NCBI GenBank assembly: GCA_963782055.1
Contig: CAWAIF010000003.1
Location: 800,001-864,000, forward strand
Length of the DNA: 64,000 bases
Source: an uncultured delta proteobacterium
Lineage (GTDB): Bacteria > Myxococcota_A > Polyangia > Polyangiales > Polyangiaceae
Direction: 5' to 3'
Positions 1 to 10,715 of this stretch are shown here, in pieces (the stretch's first letter is position 1; each line of letters begins with the position of its first letter). The notes under the pieces are model-generated. The model saw only the letters and a list, made by a program, of their open reading frames with translations, was not told the DNA's origin and ran no database searches. The position numbers and the translations under genes are program-made.

Positions 1-2
1 AG

Positions 3-1283
3 AACAAGTTCTTCAACAACATCCCCGACTCCCTGCAGGAGAACCTGCGGAAGATCGACGAGCTCGGCGGACCGTCGACGTTCAATCACTACGCCTGGGG
101 GTGGACCTTCGCCGGGAACACGCCCTTCCGGCGCTGGAAGCGTGAGACCTACCGCGGCGGCGTCAGTGATCCGTTCATCGTCCACTGGCCGAAGGGCATC
201 AAGGCGAAGGGCGAGCTGCGCACGCAGTACGCGCACGCGATCGACATGGTCCCGACGGTGCTCGAGCTGCTGGACATCGAAGCCCCGCAGTCCATCCGGG
301 GCGTCACGCAGTCGCCCATCCAGGGACACAGCTTCGCCCAGGCGCTCGATGACGCGAAGACGCCCACGAAGCACCTCACCCAGTACTTCGAGATGATGGG
401 GCACCGCGCCATCTACCACGAGGGATGGCGCGCGGTGTGCCCGTGGCCGGGGACGTCCTTCAAGGAATCCGGGATGTTCTTCGGCGCCCCGATCGACAAG
501 GACAAGCTGGCCGAGCTCGATGCGAAGAGCTGGGAGCTGTATCACATCGACGAGGACTTCGCGGAGAACCACGACGTCGCCGCCAAGAACCGCCAGAAGC
601 TGATCGAGATGATCGCGACATGGTACGTCGAGGCGGGCAAGTACGATGTCCTCCCCATCGACTCGCGAGGCACGCTCCGCTTCGCCGACCCGCGGCCGCA
701 GCTCGCGACCGATCGCACCAGCTACACCTACTACCCCGGCACGCAGATGGTCCCCACCAACGCGGCGGCCAAGGTGCTCAATCGGCCCCACAGCATCACG
801 GCCGACGTGGAGATCCCCGAGGGGGGAGCGGACGGCGTGCTGCTCTCTGCGGGAGACGTGCAGGGCGGCTTCTCGTTCTACGTGCAGCACGGCAAGCTGC
901 AGTACGTCTACAGCTACGTCGGCAGCAGCTTCTCCCACGTCGTCGCGACGGTTCCCGTCCCGGAGGGGCGCCACAAGCTGCGCTTCGAGTTCGAGGTGAC
1001 CGGCAAGCCCGACATCCCCCACGGCAAGGGCGCGCCGGGGCGTGGCCTGCTCTACATCGACGGCAAGCTCGTCGGCCAGGGCGACATCCCGCTCACCATG
1101 CCGCTCTCCCTCGGGCTCGGCGGAGGCTTCGTCTGCGGTGCCGACAGCGGCTCGCCGGTCTGGACGGAGTACCAGCCGCCGTTCAAGTTCAGCGGCACGC
1201 TCCACAGCGTGACCGTCGACGTGAGCGGAGAGCTCATCGAGGACGCCGAGCACGCGATGAAGGTGATCCTCGCGCGGCAGTAG
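3..1283 (+). CDS. Arylsulfatase (AtsA-like), 5' end outside window
   Basis: Open frame from base 3: NHYAWGWTFAGNTPFRRWKRETYRGGVSDPFIVHWP...HAIDMVPTVLEL, YFEMMGHRAIYHEGW, WELYHIDEDFAENHDVA are typical of long bacterial arylsulfatases with a C-terminal beta-sandwich extension. Confidence 0.9.
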   Translation, partial: NKFFNNIPDSLQENLRKIDELGGPSTFNHYAWGWTFAGNTPFRRWKRETYRGGVSDPFIVHWPKGIKAKGELRTQYAHAIDMVPTVLELLDIEAPQSIRGVTQSPIQGHSFAQALDDAKTPTKHLTQYFEMMGHRAIYHEGWRAVCPWPGTSFKESGMFFGAPIDKDKLAELDAKSWELYHIDEDFAENHDVAAKNRQKLIEMIATWYVEAGKYDVLPIDSRGTLRFADPRPQLATDRTSYTYYPGTQMVPTNAAAKVLNRPHSITADVEIPEGGADGVLLSAGDVQGGFSFYVQHGKLQYVYSYVGSSFSHVVATVPVPEGRHKLRFEFEVTGKPDIPHGKGAPGRGLLYIDGKLVGQGDIPLTMPLSLGLGGGFVCGADSGSPVWTEYQPPFKFSGTLHSVTVDVSGELIEDAEHAMKVILARQ

Positions 1284-1484
1284 CGCGCGCGCAGCTCAGC
1301 GCACGCTCTCGCGCAGGTGAACCAGGGTCTGGTCCGCGTCGTCCACGCGGATCCTCCGAGCCTCCGGACGCGCGCGTCATGGTGTGGCCCGCACCGTCCG
1401 CGCCGCGAACGAACCCGCTGCGGGGCGCTCCGCTGCGGTCGGAATATTGGGCGCACCCGCCTCGCGCGTCGCGTCGATCCGCGG

Positions 1485-1500
1485 TGGTCAGGCGCTTGCA
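1485..1500 (+). promoter_or_regulatory. Putative sigma54 (-24/-12) promoter
   Basis: TGGTCAGGCGCTTGCA: GG-N10-GC spacing with a TTGCA -12 element, about 100 nt upstream of the small ORF at 1598. Confidence 0.5.
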
Positions 1501-1597
1501 AGACGGACCGGCGCGCGATCGCGTTGGAGGGCAGCGAGGTGCAGGTTCTTCACCGGGCGACCAAGGCGTTCTGCTGGCGAGACGAAGGAGGTGCACC

Positions 1598-1732
1598 GTG
1601 AGCACGGTGGGTGACGCGACGAGGGGAGCGGTGAGCGTTCCGGGCGAGGAGCACCACGACGGCGCGACGCTCGCGGTCGTCTTGATGCTGCTGGGCGTCT
1701 TCGCCTTCACCGCCCCGGTGGCGTCGCTCTGA
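1598..1732 (+). CDS. Small 44-aa membrane peptide (not a separate entry in the ORF track)
   Basis: Near-perfect SD AAGGAGGT at 1585-1592, GTG at 1598; MSTVGDATRGAVSVPGEEHHDGATLAVVLMLLGVFAFTAPVASL* with one C-terminal hydrophobic helix; stop is 7 nt before the next ATG. Confidence 0.6.
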   Translation: MSTVGDATRGAVSVPGEEHHDGATLAVVLMLLGVFAFTAPVASL

Positions 1733-1739
1733 GGCGACC

Positions 1740-2864
1740 ATGGAAGAGAAGCCCACCGCGCGCGACGACACCAGAGACGTGATCACCCCGAGGGCCCGTC
1801 GCCTGGTCTCGGTGTGGACGCTGGCGATCGTGCTCCTGTACGCCGTCTCTGCCTTCTTCGGGGCGCGCACGCTCCGCGGCTACGAGGCCGAGACGGAGCA
1901 GGCGCGCCAGGACTTCCTTCAGGCCGCGACCATCGACAGCGCGCATGTGCCCGACGCGGCCGTGCTGGCGAAGGCCACCGAGGTGAGCGTCGGCATCTAT
2001 GTCAACGCCATCGGAGACGTCTCCACGCGGGACGGGACCTGGACGGAGGACTTCGACATCTGGTTCCGCTGGCAGAACTCCCCTGACGCCCCCATCGACC
2101 CGGGCGCCACCTTCCAGGTCGTCAACGGCGCGATCACGGAGCGGGACGAGGTCGTCTCCTACGCCACCGGAGCGGAGCGGTACGCGCGCTACCGGGTGAG
2201 GGCGCGGTTCACCAAGGCCTTCGACCCCGGGCGCTACCCCTTCGGCAACGATGCGCTGACGACACAGGTGGAGGACGGCGCTCACGGCGTGGACCGCGTG
2301 CGGTACGTAGCCGACGAGCAGAGCAGCGGGGTCAACCGTCGCGCGGTCCCGCGCGGCGTCGCCGTCACGCAGACCCTCGTCACCGTCAAGTACCTGGCTC
2401 ACGAGTCCACGCTGGGCGACCCGCGCGCCGGCGCGCCGAAGACCCACTCGCTGCTCGTCTTCGCGATGGTCGTGGCGCCCACGAGCAGCCAGCTGTACCT
2501 CAAGAACTTCCAGGCGCTCTTCGCCGCGATCGCCGTCACGTTCATCGTGTTCTTCATCAGGCCGATCCACGTGGACGCTCGCTTCGGACTGCCGGTGGGG
2601 GCCATCTTCACGGCCACCGCGAACAACCTCATGGTCGTGGGCAGCCTCCCGCCGACAGGGCGCTTCACGCTGGCGGCGATGGTCAACGCCGCGGGCCTGG
2701 CGACCATCTTCCTCACGCTGGTCGAGTCGGCCATCTCGCTGTACCTGCTGGACACGCTCGGCCGCGAGCGACTGTATCGATGGATCGACCGGTGCTCCTT
2801 CGTCGCGCTCCTGCTCGGCTACCTGTCGCTGAACGTCGTTCTGGTCTGGGCGGCCACGCGATGA
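1740..2864 (+). CDS. Prokaryotic pentameric ligand-gated ion channel (Pro-loop, GLIC/ELIC-like) with N-terminal TM anchor
   Basis: beta1-beta2 EVSVGIYVNAIGDVSTRDGTWTEDFDIWFRW, FQVVNG, Pro-loop FDPGRYPFG, four TM helices (YLKNFQALF..., DARFGLPVGAIFTA..SLP, FTLAAMVN..., WIDRCSF...). Confidence 0.82.
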   Translation: MEEKPTARDDTRDVITPRARRLVSVWTLAIVLLYAVSAFFGARTLRGYEAETEQARQDFLQAATIDSAHVPDAAVLAKATEVSVGIYVNAIGDVSTRDGTWTEDFDIWFRWQNSPDAPIDPGATFQVVNGAITERDEVVSYATGAERYARYRVRARFTKAFDPGRYPFGNDALTTQVEDGAHGVDRVRYVADEQSSGVNRRAVPRGVAVTQTLVTVKYLAHESTLGDPRAGAPKTHSLLVFAMVVAPTSSQLYLKNFQALFAAIAVTFIVFFIRPIHVDARFGLPVGAIFTATANNLMVVGSLPPTGRFTLAAMVNAAGLATIFLTLVESAISLYLLDTLGRERLYRWIDRCSFVALLLGYLSLNVVLVWAATR

Positions 2865-3160
2865 CTCCTCGCCGCACGGGTGGTGTGCTCGTCGTGGCGT
2901 CGGTGCTCGCCCTCTGTTGCCCCGCGCGCGCCTCGGCGGGCCTCGTCGCAGAACGACGTGGAGCTCGTCGGCGGGGACCCTGGCGTTCGCGGGAGCGGGT
3001 TCTCGTTGGAGGGGCGATGGTGCTCGGCTCGGTGTTCGCCGCGCGACGCGTCGCGCTCTGGGCCCAGTGCGACGCCGTCTGGCCGCTCGGCGTGCCGGCG
3101 CCATGTCCGCCGGGCTTCGCCAGCGGACGGCGGCGCTCTGAGACTGCGGTCGAGCCGAAC
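2861..3160 (+). other. Possible secreted-protein gene remnant
   Basis: ATGA overlap with the channel stop; starts with a signal-peptide-like MTPRRTGGVLVVASVLALCCPARASA, then degrades and runs into the convergent tolC gene. Confidence 0.3.
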
Positions 3161-3161
3161 G

Positions 3162-4664
3162 TCAGTGCGCGACGAGCCGGGTGTCGCGGCCGAGGGCGTG
3201 GTCGAGGCGCACGCGGGCCGTACGCGCGTCGATGCGGGCGTTGAGCATCTGGAGGCGCGCGCGCGTGAGCTCGGTCTCGGCGTCGGTGAGGGTGGTGGAG
3301 GTCACGCGCCCGGCCTTGAACAGCTCGCGGGCGACGCGTACGGCCTCGTGCGCCGAGGTGAGCTGCTTCTCGGTGCTCTGGACGGAGAAGTCCGCCTCCT
3401 GCACGCCCTGGTAGGCCTGCGTGACCTCGATCGCGATCCCGTCGAGCAGGGTCTTCTTCTGGGCCTCGAGCGCCGCAGCGCGGCTCGACGCGTCGGCGCT
3501 GTTGGCGAGGGCGGTGGGGATGTCGTTCGGGCTCCACGTCAGGCGCGCGCCGGCGTCCCAGGTCGGAAACCACGTCTCGCTCTGCGGGAAGATGCGCTGG
3601 TTCGGGCTGGCGTACGTCGCGTCGCCGAAGGCGGAGAGCTGCGGGTACATCCCCGCCCGCTGGACGCGCGCCTGCGCCTTCACCGCCTCGATGTTGGCGT
3701 CGATGCTGTGGATCTCGAGGCGCGTGGAGTCGGCCTGCCCGATGAGCGCCGGCAGGTTGCCCTGCACCGGCGGGAGCGGGCGCGCGTCGATCGTCTCGCC
3801 CGACGTGAGCGTGACGCTGTCGGCGACGTGCATCGCGACGCGGAGCTGTTTGGCGGCGAGGTCGACGAAGTTCTGCGCCTGCACGACGGCGAGCTCGGCG
3901 CTGGAGACCGCGGTCTCCCCGCGCAGCACGTCGACCTGCGAGGCGTTGCCGACGGTGAACAGGTTCTTGGTGTCGGTGAGGTGCGTCTTCTGGTCCTGCA
4001 GCGCGAGCGTGGCGACGACGAGCGCGCCGCGGGCGCGTAGCCAGTTGTAGAATGCAACCTCCCCGTCGGACGCCGACTTGGCGCGCGCCGTGGCGACGTC
4101 GTAGCGCGCGGCGTCGCGCGCGTGGGTGGCGGCCGTGTAGTTCTCGTTGATGCGCAGGAAGTAGTCGGTGATGGGGACGACGAGCGTCGCCTGCAGCAGC
4201 CAGTTGTTGAAGACCAGGGGGAAGGCGAACGCCGAGGCGGGGATGGCGATCAGGGAGTTGGGGTCCACCTTGCATCCCGGAAGCCCCGCGTTCGGGGTGC
4301 ACGGCGCCGCCGACGCGACGAGCGATCCGCTGGTGCCCGCCGAGAAGACCGACGGCGGGGTGAACTCGCTGAGGCGCGTGTAGCTGAAGACGCCGGAGAG
4401 GCGCGGCAGGAAGGCGTACCAGGCGGCGTCGACGCGCGCCGCCGCGCCTCGCAGGGCCTCCTCCGCGGCCTTGGCCTGGTAGCTCGTCTTGCCGGCCGCG
4501 GTGCCGACCGCGGTGGCGGTGAGCCCTCCGGGCTCCGCCTTGAGCGCCTCGTTGAAGGCCTGGTCCTCTGCGGCGGCCGCCGACTGCGCGCCTTCCTGGG
4601 CGAAGGCACGGATGGGGAGGAGAAGCGCTGCGGCCATGCCGGCCATCAAGAGAGTGGTTCGCAT
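3162..4664 (-). CDS. TolC-family outer membrane efflux protein
   Basis: Signal peptide; two OEP-like repeats (FLPRLSG...; YPQLSAFG...; ARELFKAGRVTSTTLTDAETELTRARLQ...LDHALG). Confidence 0.85.
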   Translation of the reverse strand: MRTTLLMAGMAAALLLPIRAFAQEGAQSAAAAEDQAFNEALKAEPGGLTATAVGTAAGKTSYQAKAAEEALRGAAARVDAAWYAFLPRLSGVFSYTRLSEFTPPSVFSAGTSGSLVASAAPCTPNAGLPGCKVDPNSLIAIPASAFAFPLVFNNWLLQATLVVPITDYFLRINENYTAATHARDAARYDVATARAKSASDGEVAFYNWLRARGALVVATLALQDQKTHLTDTKNLFTVGNASQVDVLRGETAVSSAELAVVQAQNFVDLAAKQLRVAMHVADSVTLTSGETIDARPLPPVQGNLPALIGQADSTRLEIHSIDANIEAVKAQARVQRAGMYPQLSAFGDATYASPNQRIFPQSETWFPTWDAGARLTWSPNDIPTALANSADASSRAAALEAQKKTLLDGIAIEVTQAYQGVQEADFSVQSTEKQLTSAHEAVRVARELFKAGRVTSTTLTDAETELTRARLQMLNARIDARTARVRLDHALGRDTRLVAH

Positions 4665-4977
4665 GAGGTCCTCGTCGGAGCGGCAACTTAGAGCCGATCG
4701 GTCGGGTGCACCACCGCCGTTGGATGCGCTTCAACAATTCTTCATCTCCCGCGTGCCGCTGTCTGAAAACCGACGGGCCGCCGGGTGGCTCGGCGGACGC
4801 GTGGCGCGGCGCGGGTGGGCCGACCGTCGCTCCCTCGAGCGGGTAGGGGGCAGTTCATGTGCGCGCTAACGATCTCGCGCGCGGCAGGGATTTCCCGGGG
4901 GACGGGACCCGCGAGGCTGGGGGGCCCGTGGCGGGGCGTCGCCGGCGCGCGCGCGCAGCGCCTCGCGAGGAGGGCCC

Positions 4978-5970
4978 CTACCAGACGGCGTCCTGATCCT
5001 CCGCCACGCCGAGCACGTCCTTCACCGTGACGCGCTCCTCGCCCAGCCGCACCGTCCCCGTCCACACCCCCGCCGGCTGCACGAACCGCGTGCGCACGAC
5101 GCCGAAGTTCTTGTTCTCCTCGTGCATCGCCCCGGGGTCGAAGCGCAGGTCCACCGCCTCGTCCGCGCTCGTCACGCGCCAGCCCGCGAGCGGCGCCTCC
5201 CGGTCGAAGTCGAAGCGCCCCTCCGCCAGCGGGTGCACCTCTCCGCGCCACCACGCGGCGCACTCGGCGTCGCCGGTGAAGCCCTGAACCAGGTTGAGGC
5301 CGAAGGGCTCGCCCGCCTCCGTCGTGCCGAGCGCGAAGGCCCATCGCCACGCGGTGCGCCGGCCGAGCAGGCCGTGCGTGTAGTCGTAGCCCCCCAGGCC
5401 CCCCTCCAGGTTCACCGTCCGTCCGCCCGCGCGCAGCGAGCCCGACGCCGCGAGCAGCAGCCGCTTCTCGGTCACGTTGACCACGCCCCCGCGCACCGGG
5501 GCGATCGCCGTGATGGACGGCGGGGCCTCCCGCGCGTCCAGACGGGCGTCCAGGTCGATCCCTGCGCTCATCCCGCGCACCGCGAAGACGCCCGCCTCGC
5601 GCGTCACCGTGATCTGCAGCGCGCGCGAGCGAAATTGCATTCTGCAACCATCCTGCGCGCCGTCGGAGACGCGCGCGGCGCGCGGGCCGCCCACCGCGTC
5701 GGCGTGCGCGAGCATCCGCCGCGTCTTGCGATCGTAGGCGAAGACGAACCCGTTGGACGCGTAGCCCAGGTTCACCACGCACGCCGCCACGTAGACGTCG
5801 CCGCTGGCGAGCCCCACGTAGACCCAGCGCTTGCGTCGCAGCGCGTTGGCGACCGCGCCGGAGAGGGGCGAGAGGTCGACGTGCGCGACGGCGCCACGGT
5901 ACGACCCGTAGCGGGGCGCCCCTGCGCCGTCGAGGACCGAAGCGGGTGCTTCCAGAAGGTCGCGGGCCAT
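4978..5970 (-). CDS. DUF2804-family protein
   Basis: RRKRWVYVG, DYTHGLLGRRTAWRWA, GLNLVQGF, FVQPAGVWTG, GVAEDQDAVW C-terminus resemble DUF2804. Confidence 0.65.
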   Translation of the reverse strand: MARDLLEAPASVLDGAGAPRYGSYRGAVAHVDLSPLSGAVANALRRKRWVYVGLASGDVYVAACVVNLGYASNGFVFAYDRKTRRMLAHADAVGGPRAARVSDGAQDGCRMQFRSRALQITVTREAGVFAVRGMSAGIDLDARLDAREAPPSITAIAPVRGGVVNVTEKRLLLAASGSLRAGGRTVNLEGGLGGYDYTHGLLGRRTAWRWAFALGTTEAGEPFGLNLVQGFTGDAECAAWWRGEVHPLAEGRFDFDREAPLAGWRVTSADEAVDLRFDPGAMHEENKNFGVVRTRFVQPAGVWTGTVRLGEERVTVKDVLGVAEDQDAVW

Positions 5971-5987
5971 GCCATGGTCAGCCTGGC

Positions 5988-6482
5988 ATGAGAAGGGCGG
6001 TGGTGGTCCTGGTCTTCGCGGTCGGCCTCGCTTGCGGCAAATCCAGCGCGCCGGAGGAGCCGCCGGCGCCCGCGCCCGTGGAGGCGGCGCCCGTGGCGAA
6101 GGGCAGGGTGGAGCTGGTGGACGCGCCGGAGGGCGACGTGCCCACGCTGGTGACCCAGGCGCGTGCCAGCGCCGAGTCGCGGCACCGCAAGCTGCTCGTG
6201 TACATCGGCGCGACCTGGTGCGAGCCGTGCCAGCGCTTTCACCACGCCGCGGAGAAGGGGGAGCTGGACGCCGAGTTCCCCGACCTCACCCTCCTCGTCT
6301 TCGACATGGACCGCGACGGCGTGCGCCTCGGGATGGCGGGCTACCAGCCCGAGTTCATCCCCTACTTCGGCATCCCCGACGCCCAGGGCAAGGCGACCGA
6401 CGAGGCGGTGATGGGATCCATCAAGGGCGCGGGCGCGGTCGGCGAGATCGTCCCGCACCTGCACCAGCTCCTCGGTGAGTGA
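5988..6482 (+). CDS. Thioredoxin-like lipoprotein
   Basis: Lipobox GLAC after a hydrophobic N-terminus; LLVYIGATWCEPC CxxC motif. Start moved to ATG 5988. Confidence 0.8.
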   Translation: MRRAVVVLVFAVGLACGKSSAPEEPPAPAPVEAAPVAKGRVELVDAPEGDVPTLVTQARASAESRHRKLLVYIGATWCEPCQRFHHAAEKGELDAEFPDLTLLVFDMDRDGVRLGMAGYQPEFIPYFGIPDAQGKATDEAVMGSIKGAGAVGEIVPHLHQLLGE

Positions 6483-6501
6483 CACGCAACGGAGACAGGC
6501 G

Positions 6502-7536
6502 ATGCAGACCGAAGCCATGGTGATGAACAGGACGGGCGGGCCGGAGGTGCTGGAGCGCGCCACCATCGAGCTGCCCGAGCCCGGCCCGCGGGAGGTGCGC
6601 GTGCGCGTGCGCGCCGTCGCCCTCAACCACCTGGACCTCTGGACCCGGCGCGGCTTGCCCAACATCCGCTACGAGTTCCCTCACCGCCTGGGCGCGGACA
6701 TCGCCGGCGAGATCGAGGCGCTCGGCCCGGGCGCGCGCAACGCGACCGTCGGCCAGAAGGTGATGATCAACCCGGGCCTCTCCTGCGGCGTGTGCATGCG
6801 CTGCCTGGACGGCGACGACAACCTCTGCGCGAAGTACCGCATCTTCGGCGAGGGGACGCAGGGCGGCTACGCGCGGCAGATCAACGTGCCGGACACCAAC
6901 CTGCTGCCCATGCCGGAGGGTCTGTCCTTCGTGCAGGCCGCCGCCATCCCGCTCGTCTTCCTCACCGCGTGGCAGATGGTGGTGCGGCGCGGGGAGGTGA
7001 AGCCCGGGCAGACGGTGCTCGTGCAGGCGGCGGGGAGCGGCGTCTCCAGCGCGGCCATCCAGATCGCCCGCCTCTTCGGCGCGCGCGTCCTCGCCACCAC
7101 CAGCACCGAGGAGAAGGCGAAGCGGGCGAAGGCGCTCGGGGCCGACGAGGTCATCAACTACACCACGCACGACTTCGTCGCCGAGACGAAGAAGCTCACC
7201 GGCAAGCGCGGGGTGGACGTGGTGATCGAGCACGTCGGCGGCGACGTCTTCGTCAAGAGCATCCGCGCGGCGGCGTGGGGCGGGCGCGTGGTGACGTGCG
7301 GCGCGACCGCCGGCTTCACCCCCCAGATCGACCTCAGGCAGATCTTCTTCCGGCAGGTGCAGGTGCTCGGCTCCACGATGGGCCGCAAGGGGGATCTCTT
7401 CACCATCCTGGAGCACGTGAAGGCCGGGCGGCTCGCGGCGGTGGTGGACCGCACCTTCCCGCTCTGGGAGGCGGCGAAGGCGCACCAGCTGCTGGAGGAC
7501 CGGAAGGCGTTCGGCAAGGTCGTGCTGGAGGTGTGA
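6502..7536 (+). CDS. Zinc-binding dehydrogenase / quinone oxidoreductase (MDR family)
   Basis: ALNHLD (catalytic Cys replaced), structural Zn CGVCMRCLDGDDNLC, AAGSGVS, GKVVL; GGAG SD before ATG 6502. Confidence 0.9.
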   Translation: MQTEAMVMNRTGGPEVLERATIELPEPGPREVRVRVRAVALNHLDLWTRRGLPNIRYEFPHRLGADIAGEIEALGPGARNATVGQKVMINPGLSCGVCMRCLDGDDNLCAKYRIFGEGTQGGYARQINVPDTNLLPMPEGLSFVQAAAIPLVFLTAWQMVVRRGEVKPGQTVLVQAAGSGVSSAAIQIARLFGARVLATTSTEEKAKRAKALGADEVINYTTHDFVAETKKLTGKRGVDVVIEHVGGDVFVKSIRAAAWGGRVVTCGATAGFTPQIDLRQIFFRQVQVLGSTMGRKGDLFTILEHVKAGRLAAVVDRTFPLWEAAKAHQLLEDRKAFGKVVLEV

Positions 7537-8721
7537 TGCGCTCTCTCCGCTCCCACTTCCGGCGCGCGATCCAGGCCGACCCGGAGCGCGTGCACCTCGC
7601 CGCGCACAGCCATCACCTCTGGCCGGACGCGAGCTTCGACGCGCACGTGGCGGCGTGGGAGGACGCCGCGCGCCTCGCTGACCGCAAGTGGGACAAGGTC
7701 TTCGGGGAGGTGTGGCCCGCGGCGCAGTCGCACGTGGCGCGCGCCCTGCGGCTGCCCGACCCGAAGACCGTCGCCTTCGCCCCCAACACCCACGAGCTGG
7801 CGATGCGCGTCCTCTCCGGGCTACGCGCCCCGACAGGTGAGCGGCCGCACCGCATCCTGACGACCGACGGGGAGTTTCACTCCTGGAAGCGGCAGCTCGC
7901 CCGGCTGGAGGAGGACGGGCTGGCGAAGGTCACGCGCGTGCCGGTCGAGCCCTTCGCCACCTTCACCGAGCGCTTCGCCGAGGCGGCGCGCGGCGATCTC
8001 GGATCTGGTCTACCTCAGCCAGGTCTTCTTCAACTCCGGCTTCGCGGTGGAGGACCTGGCGCGCATCGCCGGCGCGGCGCGCGCGGAGACGGTGGTGGTG
8101 GTGGACGGCTACCACGGCTTCTGGGCGGTGGACACCGACCTCTCGGCGATCGCCTCGCGCGTCTTCTACCTCGCCGGTGGCTACAAGTACGCGATGAGCG
8201 GCGAGGGCGCGTGCTTCGTCCACGCCCCGCCGGGGTGGCTGCCGCGCCCGCGCGACACGGGGTGGTTCGCCGACTTCTTCGCCCTCGCCGCCGCGCAGGG
8301 TGGCCCGGTGCCCTACGCGGCGGACGGGTCGCGCTTCTTGGGCGCGACCTTCGACCCGACGGCGCTCTACCGCTTCGTCGCGGTGATGGACTGGCTCGCG
8401 AAGGAAGGCGTGGACCCCGCCGCCGCGCACGCCCACGCCCACGCGATGCAGGCGCGCTTCCTCGCCGCGCTGCGCGTGCACCCGGGGCTGCCGGTGCGGG
8501 AGCAGGACCTGGTGGTCCCGCTCTCCGACGCACGCCGCGGCAACTTCCTCGCCTTCCGCACCCCCCGCGCGGGCGAGCTCCACGAGAAGCTGTATTCTGC
8601 AAATATCGTCACCGACGCCCGGGGCGACCGGCTCCGCTTCGGCTTCGGGGTCTACCACGACGAGGCCTCGGTGGACGCCGGGGCGGCGCGCGTGGCCGCC
8701 GTCCTCGCCCCGAAGGGGTGA
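7536..8721 (+). CDS. Class V PLP-dependent enzyme (kynureninase/cysteine desulfurase-like), frameshifted near 8001
   Basis: HLAAHSHHLWPD, APNTHEL, TTDGEFHS in the first frame; removing one G at about 8001 gives DLDLVYLSQVFFNSG...VDGYH...GGYKY (PLP Lys)...LRFGFG. Confidence 0.8.
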
Positions 8722-8733
8722 TACAGTGCGATC

Positions 8734-9873
<1,140 letters not shown>

Positions 9874-9877
9874 GGGC

Positions 9878-10576
9878 TCAGCCGCCGTCGAGCTTCCAGA
9901 GGGAGGTCTCGTCGACGAGGTAGCACCCCGCGTCGGCGTGGTCCGGAGTCTGGACGGTGACGGCGAGCGTACCGGAGGCGGTCGCCGTCCAGCGCACCCG
10001 CACGGGCTGATAGGTCGAGGAGATCGGCAATGACAAGCTGGAGATGCCGGACCCACCGGCGCCCATACCCGCCGTCACCGTGCCGATGCTGCTCGCGTCG
10101 GGGGCATCACGGACGCACGCGACGAACTCGTACGTCTCCCCCACTTTCACGGCGAGGTTCTGAACCTTCTGGTTGATCTGATCCAGGCCGCCGGTCGCGC
10201 ACACGCGGCACGCGACGCTGCCGGCGAGGGGCGCGCCGAAGTCCGCCGCCAGCGTCGATTGGTAGGCATTCCAGCCGCCGCACCCGGTCTCGAAGCCCGC
10301 GTTGGCGAGGGGGACGGGCGCGCCGAAGAGCGCCGCGCCGCAGGCATTCACGTTCGGCCCGGCGTCGGAGGCGTCGGCCGCGGACCCATCGGCCGTGGAC
10401 CCATCGGTCGCAGACCCGTCGGCCGCCAGCCCGTCGGATGGCGATCCGTCGGATGATGGCGACGCGTCCGCCCCGCTGCCCGCGTCGCCCCCCGTGAGCG
10501 CGGAGAGGTCGGTGATCACGGCGCATCCGGCGAGCGACCAGACGGCGGCGGAGCCCGCGATCACGACGAACCGCAT
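9878..10576 (-). CDS. Lipoprotein with Asp/Gly-rich linker and carbohydrate-binding (CBM4_9-like) domain
   Basis: Lipobox LAGC; DG[S/L] repeats; LANAGFETGCGGW...CYLVDETSL resembles a CBM-like jelly-roll. Confidence 0.6.
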   Translation of the reverse strand: MRFVVIAGSAAVWSLAGCAVITDLSALTGGDAGSGADASPSSDGSPSDGLAADGSATDGSTADGSAADASDAGPNVNACGAALFGAPVPLANAGFETGCGGWNAYQSTLAADFGAPLAGSVACRVCATGGLDQINQKVQNLAVKVGETYEFVACVRDAPDASSIGTVTAGMGAGGSGISSLSLPISSTYQPVRVRWTATASGTLAVTVQTPDHADAGCYLVDETSLWKLDGG

Positions 10577-10715
10577 CCCGGACCACGCTAGCACGAGTGA
10601 ACTCCGCGCGCGGAGTGAACCGTGGCGGGGGCGCCGGTCCGCTGTTGCCGCGCGAGCGAAACGCGGGCACGATCGCCCCGCGCTCGGGGGGCACGCGACG
10701 CATCACACATCCACG

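Noticed and set aside
3162..4664. Complete tripartite efflux system
   Set aside because: No membrane fusion protein or RND/ABC gene is adjacent; only the outer membrane factor is present.
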